Shown in pieces: positions 12,930 through 27,183 of a stretch of 64,000 nucleotides of DNA. The stretch is taken from assembly GCA_030141605.1 (NCBI GenBank), contig JAQGDQ010000829.1:18949-82948 (forward strand), read 5' to 3'. Position numbers and translations under genes: made by a program. Position 1 is the stretch's first letter. Each line of letters begins with the position of its first letter. The stretch is from Tubiluchus corallicola. Its lineage: Eukaryota > Animalia > Priapulida. Below the pieces are notes generated by a model, which was not told where the DNA came from, searched no databases, and saw only the letters and a list, made by a program, of their open reading frames with translations.

Positions 12930-13450
12930 AGGCAATGAGTTCCAAATCGGTACAACTCGATTTGAGAAAAACTGACCAAATGATACTGTAGTCACAGAAA
13001 CACTGTCAACAGAGGTTAATACCACTGAATGCTTTATTGTAACATAATCAGCACATAAATGTCCCACATATCCCATAAAGTGGATCAACCTGACTGCACA
13101 GGTGAGTAAAACAGACAGGTGACTGGCAGGTAACAAACAGAGAAACTGGCCAAAACCAAAAGCTTTACATTCCCGCCACAGATGGCGCCTCGTGCACGAA
13201 TTTGTAAGCAAGATTTAAAAAAAATCTAAGCTGCTACATATATTTTAGCTGTTCGACGCATGAAAGCTTCATAGAATGATTTTGCCTTGTTCTATTGCAA
13301 GATACTCGGGTAAAAAAAATTGTCTCTCTATGAATATTCAACTTCTCTATGAATAATTTGGTAGCGTGATACAACATGATTTTTGGGACTGTTAAAGAGG
13401 GAACCAATAAGGTTACGTCATCAGCGTAACCGAACGAACCAGTAAACGAA
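12930..13450 (-). mobile_element. Degenerate non-LTR retrotransposon fragments
   Basis: Minus-strand peptides FFSNRVVPIWNSLP (CR1-like ORF2 C-terminus) and FGYADDVTLL (RT YADD motif). Confidence 0.55.
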
Positions 13451-13808
13451 TTTAAACTGTGGCAACTAATGGTGACAACCATTGTGCATCGCATAATGGT
13501 TCTGACATTTCAATCATATCGTTTAACGATTTTCTAACAACACATTTTGCACACTCCACTGAGGAAGACACCAGAAATGTTTTGTGGATGCGTTTCAATA
13601 ATACGAATATGTTTTGTAAGCTCTTTTTATATTAAGTGGATATGGAGAACGTCACTTTTCATTCTTGCTTCGTCGTTAACGTTATTAGTGTTATTAATAA
13701 TGATTAATCTATTGCATATTTCATGCTTTCATTATTTTTACACCTAGCGACAATTTCCATTTCGCAATACACTGTTACACAATAATGCATTATTGCTTTA
13801 CAGACAGG

Positions 13809-14035
13809 CAGGGCCTATTTCAGGGGGGGGGAGGAAAGTGGGGATACTTCCCCGGGGCTTCACCCTCCAGGGGGCCCCCGCGCCTAGGTAGCAGTTTTTT
13901 CTTTCAATTGTTTTTTCCTTTAACAACTGTATAACTCCATATTTTCTCTTCGAAAATGCTTCTCCGACGTTCTAGCAGTTCAAAAATTCACAGTTCACAC
14001 TTCCTCGGGCCTCGCTTAGGCAGAAATAGGCCCTG
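13809..14035. mobile_element. hAT-like MITE
   Basis: TIR CAGGGCCTATTTC...GAAATAGGCCCTG; 8-bp TSD CAGACAGG/CAGATAGG (one mismatch). Confidence 0.85.
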
Positions 14036-14419
14036 CAGATAGGATAGAATAATGTGAAAGGGAAAAATGGTGGATGAACTATGCTCTGAGTCTTAGTCAG
14101 TTTCTTGGTTAGGCCTAATTTATTGTGGGGATCGTTAAGATGTCACACTGGACGACTTTCTGAATGTCTTTGCAAAAATTCAGCGAGACACTGAGTTTTA
14201 CACCTTATTCTGATTGGACTAAATGTAAAAAAATTTCGAGAACGTCTTTGCTTTGCCAATCAGAAATTGTCAAAATGTGTTTATGGTCTCTCATTTTTTT
14301 AATTCGCAGTCGAATTATTTTGTTTGAAAAGATTGGAGAGAAAATTCGTGCAGTTTCTCCTCTTCAACAATTCACGCTGATTAGATGAAGACTAGAAAGC
14401 TATATTTAATCCGCCAATT

Positions 14420-14656
14420 TATAATAATAACATAATAATAATTTCCATTAAGACACAATCTAAGGACACCACCGTAAGTAACTCAATGCTTATTTCCAAG
14501 AGAGTCCTCATTATTATTACCTGCATGTCATTTCGATAAGCGGGCGTGCTTGGTCGAAGAACTAGCGGTAACATTTTTCAACTCTTTAGAATCGCTTGAT
14601 CGAGAGTTGAACCCACGACCTCCTGGCACGCTACCGTTGAGCTACGCAGCCCGGTC
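14420..14656 (-). mobile_element. Putative tRNA-derived SINE
   Basis: Minus strand starts with A-box TAGCTCAACGG and B-box-like GGTTCAACTC and ends in an (ATT)n-like tail. Confidence 0.55.
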
Positions 14657-15505
14657 GTATAATTTCGTAGTCGATCATTAATTAACCTAACCTAAAGTAT
14701 CCTAGCCTAACCTTACTAGTTAAACGAGCTATTCCGTGCATATACAGCACGATTGACACAACGTCGAAACAACACTGTTAATTTTGTGTCAACTTAAAAA
14801 AGCAAACCACTAAAAGGAGAGTTGAGATCGTTCAAAGGACTGATGAGACAAAAATTATATAGGATGCTTAATAAAAGCAACTTGTTACACGCAAACTAGA
14901 TCTAAATTAGGTTAAAAAAATAAATAAATACCATATATACTAAGCCACTAGCAATAGAGAAAAATGAAGAATACCCACTATAAAATCAAACATTTATTAC
15001 CCTACCTTAATATTTCTATTTAAATATATAAATAACATAGTTCCTGCTTTCAAAGAAAATGGTTTATCATTTATGCGCGATAAACGTAAAAACGAACGCA
15101 CGTATAATCTGAAAAAGTTACTTACAAAAAACACATACGGACACAATTCAGTAAGCAAAACAGCAATCAACTTATGGAATTCAACATCCTTGAGTATAAA
15201 ATCAAAAGACGGATAAACAACATTTTAAACAGGACTAAAAAACAAAAGACCTGTATATAAAAACGATAAAGTAGAATTCATCAATAACTGGATCTATCAA
15301 AAACTTATAACACTCCAGATTCATAATATAAGTGTCTATACTATAAAAATATACGAGTCATACGGAAACTTACATGGCAAAAAACTATCAAAAAGTATTA
15401 GAATTCACCATCTCTCATAAGTCACAACAGTTATTTCTATATCCTAATTGTATAGTTACATACACACACCCCCCACACCCACCACACACACGCACACTCA
15501 CACGC

Positions 15506-15545
<40 letters not shown>

Positions 15546-16261
15546 ATATATATATGTATATAGTATTTCTATATCCTACATATATAGTTATACATATATC
15601 CTACGTCATTCTTACTCTGATACATGCCCACATTTTGTAAAAAAAATAATTGATCATTTGTCACAACTGCAATACTGTCAATAATAATTATCGTATTATT
15701 CTTTCTATATATTTTGTAATATTTGTCGACATTTAACTTATGCTGATGACTTTCATCTAGACTACTTTGCTATTTCTATTCGGGAACTTCAATCTCTGCT
15801 AAATTATTTTATGAAAATTTCAATTTTAGAATGACATTTTTTCCCTGTCGAACACAGGTGGCATCCGAAGCTGTTAATCGTTTAACAAAATAAAAAGGCA
15901 AATCATTTTTTGTTTAATGACCAGTGGCGGCTCGTGTATAGGTACTGTGGTACTGCAGCACCCCCTGTTTTCACTCATTATTATCGATAATATTCAATAT
16001 AATGATCTTTTTTCTTTAGTTCTTTCTTTATGCTTGTGCGGAACCGGAGTTTAAATTTACATATTTCATACAGCGCATGTAAAAAGGCAGTATGTAAGTG
16101 TATAAAATTTTAAGACGAATTTTTTAAGCTTTACGTTTATGAAGGTTCATTGTGCTTTAACAGTTTATTCACTCTGTTACAGTTCACTGTGCGCATGCTC
16201 ACAGTGACGCCTCATACGTAAACAAAGCCACGAGCTGTCAGACACGTATTGTTGATTGTGC

Positions 16262-16642
16262 CGAAATCGATGCGTTTCAAAGGCGAAATTACAGAAACAT
16301 TTTGGGTATTAGATGGCCAAAGAAAATTTTAACAAAGATCTATATGAAAAAAATAAAAGAAGAACCTTGGACAAGAAAAATAAAAAGACGCCGTTTAAGA
16401 TGAATTGGGCATATGCTTAGACTACCTAGCTCTTCAACAAGACATAGAACCAGCTAAAAAACCTGCAGGAGGACAAATGTTAACATATTTAGATTTTGCA
16501 CAGAAAGATTTAAACACTTCAGCACTGATCCTTAGAAATAAATGCACTTGAGGCATTGCGGCGAGCACGGGAGTCCTGGCATAGGGAGGTGAGCAGAATC
16601 ATGTCCCTGGACGTGTGATTCATTGGAAGATGATGATGATGA
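16262..16642 (+). mobile_element. 5'-truncated RTE-like LINE fragment
   Basis: Frameshifted peptide IDAFQRRNYRNILGIRWPKKI...KIKRRRLR*IGHMLRLP typical of an RTE-like ORF C-terminus. (GAT)n tail; 12-bp TSD tgttgattgtgc (16250-16261)/tgttaattgtgc (16643-16654). Confidence 0.75.
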
Positions 16643-17787
16643 TGTTAATTGTGCGGTGTCACTTTTCATGGGTGAACAAAAACACGTGTCTATTGTTTCA
16701 CAATGCGCGTTCGACAGCCGTGCGGTTCTGTTTACGCACGAGATTTGATTTAACTCTTTATTTCGAACTAGGTTCATAGAATACATAACATACAATAATG
16801 ATAACACCTCCTCTCAACACATGCAAATTAATACATAAATAAATAAAATAACACTATATATATACAATATCACACGTCCAGCCTGAATCGTCACTCATAA
16901 TTTCTACCTAACACTTTCCTCCATTGGTCTCTTATGTCTGAAGTGTAAAATGCGTCACTGTTATTCAATGCCTTTATAAGAAGATTTGGGCCTTGCATTA
17001 CTCTACTGTATAGACTGTATGCAGTTTTCCTATGTATTACATCAAAGTATAAAACGTCGTGGTCTACTGAAATGGTCCTAGAACTATAATCATATGGGTA
17101 GTTGAAAAGTTTGCGTTTTGAAATATTGTGAGCTACTTTAAGTTTGCTGAGACTGTAGTTATAAAAATGTCGCCAGGTGTTTTTTTATCATTGCGAGCAT
17201 GCGCGCAGTGAACCTGCACCAGTGTGTATAACTGTGCTTCAATAAATTAGGCAGTAACTTGGAAACAAGGTAACATTTACGCTACGTAGTCAGTATGAAC
17301 TAGTTACAAACGTTTGATTTGGTTTTCAGTGTCCAAATTATAATGCATTGCTGTATAAAAAGTGTCACCTGGGTTAATATCCAGAAACTGAAGTGGGCGT
17401 ATAACATCAGTTTCTTACACAAAAAAGTTTACAAACCGATTAACCAACAAAATTCAGAGGTTGATTCTTTTATTCGCCAACTTCTTTTAAGTTTAATTTT
17501 AATGGAAAAAATCGTTTTAAAAAGCTGAATAAATTAGGAGATCAAACCCTATTTTGTTTTGACTAACAATCCCTCAGTTAGAAGACGGAGGAAAAGAAGG
17601 CAGTGTTTCTAACTAATGCGGAAATTTTTCCTTAAGTAAACAAAAAATGATGAAAAAGAGAAGAACTCATTAGGTTCAACCTTCAACAGAAACTTTGGCC
17701 GAGACTTTATACCTTTCTGCTTCGCCTTTGTGTTCTTATTTACTGAGTTTCTGTGGTTTTTTAAAGTGATACCCTTTTATGTGTTAA

Positions 17788-18238
17788 CCCTTTCATACCC
17801 GTTGTATCCCGTGGGATACGAAAATATTTTCTGCCTTTAGAAATAATAAAATTTTAAAACTGACAGTTATTTGATCTGTTAATAGTTATTTTGATTTAAG
17901 CCAATGACAATAGACTGTGATAAAATGGCAGACTAGAAAATCTACATAGCATAAAAACTGCTCAAGGTACAGTACTTTAGAGACGACTTTGTACAGATCA
18001 GCATAGCATGAATACTAAATGTCTTAAATAATTTGCAAAACTCATCAGCAATTGCAAAATGAAGCACATTTTATGCTTCCATTGAATCCCAATGTATCCC
18101 GTAGGATACAGGCTATATTTAGCACACGGGCACAGGTAGAAAAAAATAATATTATGTGTAAACAAGATGGACATACTGAACAAAAGTACCAAGCCAAAAA
18201 ATTTTTTCTTATTAAAAAATAATTTGGGACTGAAAGGG
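17788..18238. mobile_element. piggyBac-like MITE (TTAA TSD), copy 1
   Basis: TTAA-CCCTTTCA...TGAAAGGG-TTAA; the paralogous site at ~26096 has a single TTAA and no element. Confidence 0.9.
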
Positions 18239-19672
18239 TTAATAATATAAACAAAAAATTCTCCAAAAATTTGTTCAGTAGTTTTAGTAATTTCTTGTCC
18301 TTTTTCGCTCACCTAAAGAAGAACTATCAAGGTAGATCGAAACATCGTGTTCTTACTTTCTTTCCCATTTTCTTGCTTATTAATTGCGAGATTTTTTAAA
18401 ATTATTGTCGCTGTTCACGTCATTACGGTGAACTATTTTGCTTTATTCCATTAGTAATGTAAAAACACTGGAAACAGCATGGTGCCACATGACAAAAGTG
18501 CTTAATGCTGTACGAAGAAGACAGAGAATTTATTGATAATAATAGTTGACAATACTTCTTAAGTTTACCAAACAGTGCTGAGCATTTTACAATAGCAGAA
18601 AGTTTACTGACAGCTAGAAAACAAGCGGATACTGACACCTTGCCCTCATTGTAATACAGAATCAATTTCTTGCATCTCTAAAAGTAAAACCAGTTCTGCA
18701 TAAACTTGTTAAACTAAACTGTGTAATACTAGTGATAAAATGTTTTTGCATTTTGTAACAACTGTTGTTTCCAGTAATAATAACAGCAATAGCTATTGGA
18801 AGAAGGGATATTTCCCATTTTAACAATAAGCATGAACAGAAAGGTCTCAGACTTACGATACATGTTTTAGAAAAATAGAAAAGTAAGACAAGACGTAAAG
18901 ACGATTAATACATCATTAAAAGGAATAGTCACATACATAATTTCACATACATAAATCAGCCAAGAGAAGAGAGAAAATAATCTTTACATCTCGCATGCAA
19001 CACCAATCTAAAGAGTTGCCTTTGACAACGAATTTGTTAAATTCTTTAATAATATATTACTAGAGACATGTACTGCAGCTTGTGACGACTGCTTAATCCT
19101 CTCAATAGCTGACGTTGCTTAGTTGCGCTATTGGAAGAAGAGATATTCCCCATTTTAACAACACACATGTGTTATATGCTCATGTTTTAGCCATATAGTG
19201 TTAAAAAGAAAATCGAAATGATAGTTACATCACTAAAACGAAGATCAATAATTTTTGTCCACTGTAGCAGTAATGTCACATGCAGAAATGTACTGAGAGA
19301 CCTGAAAAATAATCTATAATTTACTTTACATCTCGCATGCAACACCAATTCATAGAGTTGCCTTCGACAACGATGTTAATTTCTTCAATAATTTATTAAT
19401 AGAGATATGTACTGCAGCTTGTAACAATCGTTTAAAAAATTAATCCTCTCGGTATGCTGACGTTGCTTAGTTCTATTCACCTGATACGGTTTTATTACAA
19501 TCAACCGGCAACGGTTGCCTTGGCACGACCGTCAAAGCTGAGAAAAAATGACGGGTGTCTATTATAATAACATTAATAACATTGAATTGTGTCACACTCA
19601 CTGAGCTGGTATCACTGTGAACAAAACTCGTAATTTTTCACAGAAGAGTTTCATTTTTGCTAAATTGTCATC

Positions 19673-22600
19673 ATGTCTGCAAAGAATATTTTGTGTTTAG
19701 CAACATTTGCCTTACTATGTGGCGCTGGTAAGTATCCTTTGTGAATCTGTAAAAAGTTATTTAAAGCACAAGAAGAGCTATAACTTACATAAATCTTAAG
19801 AAATTCGTCTTGAAATTTTATGTTACTTACATACTGCCTTTTTGCATATTAGACTTACGTCGTTAATAACAGTAACGATGTATAAAAATGTAAAGTGATG
19901 ACCGTTAGACGCAGCCATTTTGACGACTGGTCATTTGAAACAAGTTCAGATAATATTGTGTAAAGTTTGAAAAAATAATCAGAGCATTCGTAGCGCACAC
20001 GTCACTAAGTAAATAAAATTTAAAATTAATCTATCTTGTCAATAAGATTAAAAATGCGTTTTTGGTTTGTGACTAGTGCACCCTGGAGGGTGAATCAGCG
20101 ACATTTTACCAATTAGTGAAAACATTTTAAATAATTAATAATTTTCTTTTCTAGTTACATAAGTCTTTCAAGCAGATAAACGAAAAGCTAAGTAATATAA
20201 CTCTTTAATATAATTAATATAATATTAATATAATATAAATATAACTCTTTGTGAGTTAAAAGTTACGTAAATAATGCAAAAACAGTAAGAATGAGGAAAG
20301 AAAAACAAAAGTAATTATACGTAAAAATAAAAATAAAATTAAATACGCAATCATAATCAAAGACGTTGCAGGTTGGAGAACAAAGAAAGTTTTATAAATT
20401 AAAAAGATATATGATAAGTACCAGCACTTGCAAATAAAAAAACAATAGCAATTAGCAGTCCATCAAAGTAATCAAACAAAACAGTTTTTAGAACAGCAAT
20501 AAAAAGAGAAGAAATTACTACTGTAACATGAAAATTGTTAATGACAGACAATTTCTTTATCTACATTTTTTCACATTTATCTTCATTGAAAAAGTCTTTT
20601 TATGGGGGAAAAGAGTTGCAAATATTTGTTAATTGAGGTCGCCATTGTATTGTTTAGGAAACAATTTGATGATATACTTTTGTTATGCAGTTGTGTCATA
20701 ATGAATGTTTTTTTAAGACTTAGATCTAACAGAAACTTGCAGTATCTTAGGGAGGTGCTGCCATCTTTTGGCTGTACAATTAATTTACCTATTTCTTAAA
20801 CTGTTTACTATACTATCTATCTACATACCGTTTTCTGGGTTTCAACTAAAGTTAATGAGCTGTAACAGGAGTCCTGGCTATTGTATGTTGGGCAGTAGTA
20901 GTTCAGGTCTCATAGTCTGCTGGTGAAGTTCAAATTTCAAATTTCATAATGTAGTTTGTCAAGACTGCAATTTATGTTGAAACCCACCCCCCCTCTACAC
21001 CGGCTTCACTTCTTCATTTTTTGACAATAAAGGAAATCAACCTGCCTGTATCAAAGTGTTCATCATTTTTATTGGGTTACAACATGTAGACAGACAAACT
21101 GGACAAAACAGCCATTGACAGACATTTATCACGTATATAATGTTACAAACGGGGTTTTAATTTGAACAGGAATAAGATTAGTGAAAATTATAATGAAGAA
21201 TTCACGAGAAATATTGTATAAAAATGAATGTCTGTAAATTAGAAGATGATGCTCCTAATTAATTAATAAACTGTTAAATAAGTTCAACATAAATATAGAG
21301 TATGTTTTGCAAGCTGAACCTTCAAGGATCACACTCTGCAATGAGTTTGTAATTCTACTTTTCATGATTTTAAATTCTTAAAATTATGTCTGCTGTCAGT
21401 TGTTCTCTCTACAAAGAACTCTGCTTCCGATTCCAACGCACAGACCGTCTCTCATTGGAGCACTGTCTCGAACAAACTGAAGCAAGTCAACGTCCACTGT
21501 CCCATAAACTCAATTAAACTTAATATCAGTACCATTTCGTCTTTTCTTTTTATTACTTAAACCAGATAGGTGACTAAAATCACCCACTACTGATTTTTCT
21601 CTAATGGAATAATAGATTTGTAAATTTTTGTGTGTGTTTTATTCCAGCATACTCTATCACATGCTACGTTTGCACCTCTGCAAATAGTGGCTGTGACGAT
21701 CCATTCGATAAAACATCGGATGCTGTTGAAGGATTTGAAATGGAAAACTGCAACAAATGTTCAAAATCCAAATCAGAAGCAGGTAAGCGTCTGTCTGTAA
21801 TTTGTCTTTTTAATAGTTTTAATTATACGCACATTATCGGCTTCATGGAATATAATATCTTGTTCATTCGACATTGTTCTGTCACGTATGTGTGTCTTTT
21901 CGATACACTACAGCTTGTAGTAGCTTAGTCAACTCTCACTGTTAACTGTATTGAAATAGTGATATCCCACTAATAGCTCTGACTGATTGTGTACTGGTGG
22001 GGTGAGATCTCCGACCAGCTTTGCTGTATTGAGTCAATAGCTTAAAGTGGTAGAGCATGTGCCACGAATGCACAAGTTTTGGGTTCGAATGATGGTTGAC
22101 TCACAATTTTTCCGTGCACCTTTCTTCAATTAATTAACGATTAAGCTAATTGTTGTAAGCATGATGCTTTCATTAATGTGACTTGCAAACGTGTTTCGTG
22201 TTTTTACACGCAATAGAAACATTTTACTTCTCAAGAACATGTAAAATGCCAAAACAAACGTGAACAAAAAGTTGAATGTTCTCTTCTTGGTCTAAAAAAG
22301 TTTCAAGGTTTTCTCGAAAGATTTTTTTCGAAAATGTATGGTTTCACCTTATTATTAGCTAGGCCCTACTACATGGTTTTGTTTTTTACAAAAAACTTTG
22401 GTGGATAAATGAGTGGCAGCACCTGGGATTTACAACTTTTCTTGAGACTTCTTTTATATACTAGAGGCTGATATCGATACCATTTGTTCTACTCCTGACA
22501 CAATAATGATTTTGTACAATTTTACGATTATAGGTGGTGTTAGTGCCATTATCAGAGCTTGCGGAGGAGTTGGAACTGATGGCTGCATTACCAGCGATAT

Positions 22601-22733
22601 TGCTGGTGTTGGTTCAGGCAAAGTCTGCACCTGCTCTACAGATAAGTGCAACGGTGTTGAAGCTAAACAAGCTTCTTACATTGGCATCCTGGGAGTTGCT
22701 TTGGTCACAGTCGTCTTTAAGCAATTGTATTAA
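19673..22733 (+). CDS. Ly6/uPAR three-finger (quiver/sleepless-like) GPI-anchored protein, gene A, 129 aa
   Basis: Exons 19673-19727, 21648-21782, 22534-22733 with GT-AG phase-1 introns join in frame (390 nt): MSAKNILCLATFALLCGAAYSITCYVCTSANSGCDDPFDKTSDAVEGFEMENCNKCSKSKSEAGGVSAIIRACGGVGTDGCITSDIAGVGSGKVCTCSTDKCNGVEAKQASYIGILGVALVTVVFKQLY. Signal peptide, 10 mature Cys, CxC-x4-CN motif, hydrophobic tail. Confidence 0.93.
22031..22103 (+). pseudogene. tRNA-like sequence (pseudo-tRNA or SINE head) in gene A intron 2
   Basis: Acceptor stem GAGTCAA/TTGACTC, A-box TAGCTTAAAGTGG, stem TGTGC/GCACA, B-box GGTTCGAAT, T-run downstream. T-stem is imperfect and U33 is missing. Confidence 0.6.
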
Positions 22734-23252
22734 TTTTTAAAATGATTAAAAATTTCTGTCTGCTAGGAAATGCAGTACAATGAGAACAAAAGTAGCAGTT
22801 TTGTAACCTAAATCTACCGTAAATTTGTGAATTATTTTTAGGTAAGTCCCATCCTCTGTCATCCCAGAATGAATGTTTGCTAGCGTAAATTTTCCACGCA
22901 CAACCACGCAAAGCATGCCTAAAACAATATTAATGAAAAAATAATACTTGGTTTTGTGTAAAGTACGTTGTGCTACACAATTGTTTTTCACAATTTTTGA
23001 TATCGTTTTCTGCCTTGAGTCAGTAAATATTTGTTCTGAGATGACTGAACAGATCTGCAAAATTTAGTTCATATATCATTACTCTCCCGAAGTTTCCAAC
23101 ATTCATACAATTATTCTCTCTAATCATTATGATAAATATCAGCTCTAAGCTAATTAGCCATTTGGCATAATTTTAAGTATCGGCAAATCTATTTTTGGTT
23201 ATAATTTTTGATTGTCTTAAGTCGGGGTTTCACGAGAATTTCAAATTTCTAA

Positions 23253-23288
<36 letters not shown>

Positions 23289-26200
23289 GTGTGCGTGTGC
23301 GTGGGCGTGCGCGTGCGTGTGTGTGCGTGTGTGTGCTTATAATTAAGTTAAAAGTCTATTGATTAGAGGTCCATTTACGTAATTATGCGTTTTAAAATAA
23401 ATCATGAGACTGAGTTGATTTAGAACATGTTAAGATGATCAGTAAAGAGTTATTGCTGGGTTACTCGCTTGCGTAGTAACTTTATAGAGCTGTAATATTA
23501 TGATGTAATTACTTAGCAATGTCGAAGAATTATTGTTTAAAAAGTACTTACATTAATTGACTCATTCAATTTTAGTGGCACTGTTATGATTAACTTGATT
23601 ATATTGATGAAATCTGCTGACGAAATATATCTATTTTTTATGATTATTGAATATAGATGCATTGATGACAGATAATGCTGCAACGTTTGTAAAAGATAAC
23701 TGACCCATTCATCATCAATAATTTATTCTTAATTGTTACTACAGATTTTTGCTGATGTATAAGGTTGATATTCTGCTTATGATTTTTACTTCCGGGTCGC
23801 ATTTCAAGGCATTTTATAACCACTAGGAAAGTTTCTTTGTTTGGAGTGAAACAACTGAAAGCACCGAGCTTGGAAACTAGACGAGGATCATCTACTTGAT
23901 TGTACTTACAGTGGCATACTTTGTAAAAGACTGTAGACAGATGTAAGCTATATGCCTTGTATTTATCAACCAAAATACTATTTTAGATTCTACAAAAAAA
24001 ACTATCCTGTTTTGAAGAAAAGAAACAATCAAAACAAACAAAGTTTTCCGTTGGTAAAAGAATCACTTTTGTTCCCGAATGTTTCGGCTTACTCATCTGA
24101 AACAATTTCTAGTCACTCGTTCCCTGTTATGCAATTATAAAGCTTGGTATTTATATACAGAAACATTTAGGTACACGCAAAAACATTGTTTTGTGTATTT
24201 GTCTGCTACGCTGGTATGTATAGATATTACTATAAAACATACGGATACCAGTGTAGTAGATGGATACACAAAACATTGTTTTTACGTGTAGTTGAATGTA
24301 GATGTTGTTATAAAACACGTATATTAGTCTTTCCGCATTTGATTATTGTCTTAAACAATCGTCTTTTATTGTCTAGGAAATGTAGAAAGTACGAACAATA
24401 GTGAATTGAACCAAATATTGAGATTACCATTGTTTTTGTTTGTTTTTAAACAAAACTGGTACTTAAACTCGTTCCATGTTGAGTTGATATAAATTTCCTT
24501 AAATTTCACGACTGTCACAGCTTTTCCTTCAAAGATAAATCTTGACTGCCTCAATTCATTTATTGATGTTTTATTCTGACATTTCATATTTCCCAGCTAC
24601 ACGCGTCGTAGAGGTGAGAAATAATTTTCACTTTTGCGATTTTGCCTTATACATTTGTCAAACTGTAATTTCTTTAAAAATCCATTTTTTCATAAATTGC
24701 AAAAAATAAGTCTTACAAAGTGGCCTTAACGAAGGCCTACATCAACCTAACTAAGTATCTAGGTATTTAATCATCTAAAGCATCTGGAATATGGTGCATC
24801 TCAAACAAAACGTCGCAGTATGACGCATACGGATCCCTGCAAACCATTTCAGATGTAGATTGGATATGAACCTCTATTAGAAATGTTAACTGCACCTGTT
24901 AGCTTTTCTTTTTACTTCTCAACATCATGACAAGTTCCAGGCAAGGCACGTCAATCATCGCAACGTGTTTGCAAATTGTAGCATTTCTTGACTTTATTCC
25001 AAGGTAGCTAAATTATTATGATTAAATTTTCAAGATAACTGTTATATTCTTAAATCTTTAAAACATTAATAGCCATTGTAGTGTGTTTTTACGATAGATG
25101 TTTAATGAATATGTAATGAATATACATAACTCCTGAATAGCTATAATTAATCAAGTATGCTGTGTTTGAGTTTGCCCTGTTCGTAAATCATTCTATGTTG
25201 TGTTTTTGGCTATTAAACGTTTTATGTGAATGTTTTTTGTTTTTGTTTTCTATATAGCCGTGTAAAGGACAACAAAATTTACATGCATTATGGATTTACA
25301 GCAAAAATATCTCGCATTCACATTAGCATTTCATTATTTTACTTTCAGCATTAAACAGAAAAACTGTTTGAACAATGGCACCTAATCAATTATTTACGTT
25401 TTGCAGTCATTATGACGTAGTTTTGAAGCAATAGAAATATTGAACATAAAAATGACATGTGTGTATACGGATATAATGGCAAGTTGGTGTTCATTATTTA
25501 CTTTACTTGCACATTACTTCTGCAACTAATACAAGCGCTGTCTTCACGTAGCATGAGAAATAGGTAAAAGTTACTAATATTTTGGTTAAAGAAGTGATAG
25601 GAATTACATGATGGGAAGATGGACGTGCGTATTAGGAGTTTTGAAAGCTTGTTGAGAATTTCATAAAATTTTTCACTTTCGATAAGTATGCAACAAATCG
25701 ATTCTTTTACCAAAATTGTACAGATTTTTCTACAGATTAAGGTGACGATGACCGTAGTATGACGCAGATAATCATTATCTGTTTATCTGTTTATTTTTTT
25801 TATTAACTGACTGAGTAAGTAGGCCGATCTGTCACAATTACGGTACCAAGATAGCCTTAACATTTAACATTCATTATACTACTGAGGGCCCAGACAGCAG
25901 TGCTGAATGTCTGGATTTTTTAACTCTCAAAAAATAACTCGGTAAATATGGCATATAAGTAATTATACTTCATATGGTAAACCGTCTCGTGGGTTTTCAG
26001 GTGGCTGTAACTAGAGATTTTATACTTTTCTGCTGGTCTTTTATTGTTCTTATTTGGTGTGCTTGTGTTTTTTGAAGAGATACCTTTATATAAGATTAAT
26101 AATATAAACAAAAAACAGAGAAAAATTAGTTCATTAGTTTTAGTTCCTGGTCCTTTTTTGTTTATCAAAACATGAACTATAATGGAAGTTCAAAACGTCA

Positions 26201-27183
26201 TGTTCACTTTTTTCTTTCTTTCTTTTTTCCTTGTTTTTTAATTGAGGGATACTTTTAGTCATTGTCACAGTTCATTTCATTACGGTTTAATCTGTCCTGT
26301 TTTGCTTTATTCCATTGGTAATGTAAAAACACCGGAAACAGCATTGTGCCACTTGACGAAAAAATGCTTACTGATGTGCGAAGAAGACGGAGAATTTGTT
26401 TATAATAATAGTTAACAATACTTCTTAAGTTTACCAAACAGTGCTGAGCATTTTACAATACCAGAAAGTTTACTGACAGCTAGAAAACAAGCGGATACTG
26501 ACACCTTGCCCTCATTGTAATACGGAATCAATTTCTTGCATCTGTAAAAAGTAAACTCAGTTCTGCATAAACTTGTTAAACAAAACTGTGTAATACTAGT
26601 GATAAAACATTTTTGCATTTTGCAACAATTGTTGTTTCCAGTAATATAACAACAGCAATAGCTACTGGAAGAAGGGATATTCCACATTTTAACAACACAC
26701 ATGAGCAGAAAGGTCCCAGACCTACGGCTATGTATATGTTCATGTTTTAGAAAAATAGAAAAGTAAAGACGTAAAGACGATTAATACATCATTAAAAGGA
26801 ATGGTCACATACATAATTCCACATACATAAATCAGCCGAGAGAAGAGAGAAAATAATCTTTACATCTCGCATGCAACACCAATCTAAAGAGTTGCCTTTG
26901 ACAACGATGTTAAATTCTTTAATAATATATTAATAGAGATATGTACTGCAGCTTGTAACGACTGCTTAATCCTCTCAATAGTTGACGTTGCTTAGTTCTA
27001 TTCAATAAACACAAAAGGGTTATTATGTAGTCAACAGGCAACAGTCGCCTTAGCACCATGGTCAGCCTTTAGAAATGATGACCATTGCAATAACATTGAA
27101 TCGACCACACTTACTCAGCTGGTGTCACTGCGAACAAATTAGGAAAATTTCTGGAAGACTTTCATTTTTGCTAAATTGTCGTC

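Noticed and set aside
22031-22103. Functional tRNA gene
   Set aside because: T-stem mispaired, U33 missing, paralogous copy degraded in the anticodon arm
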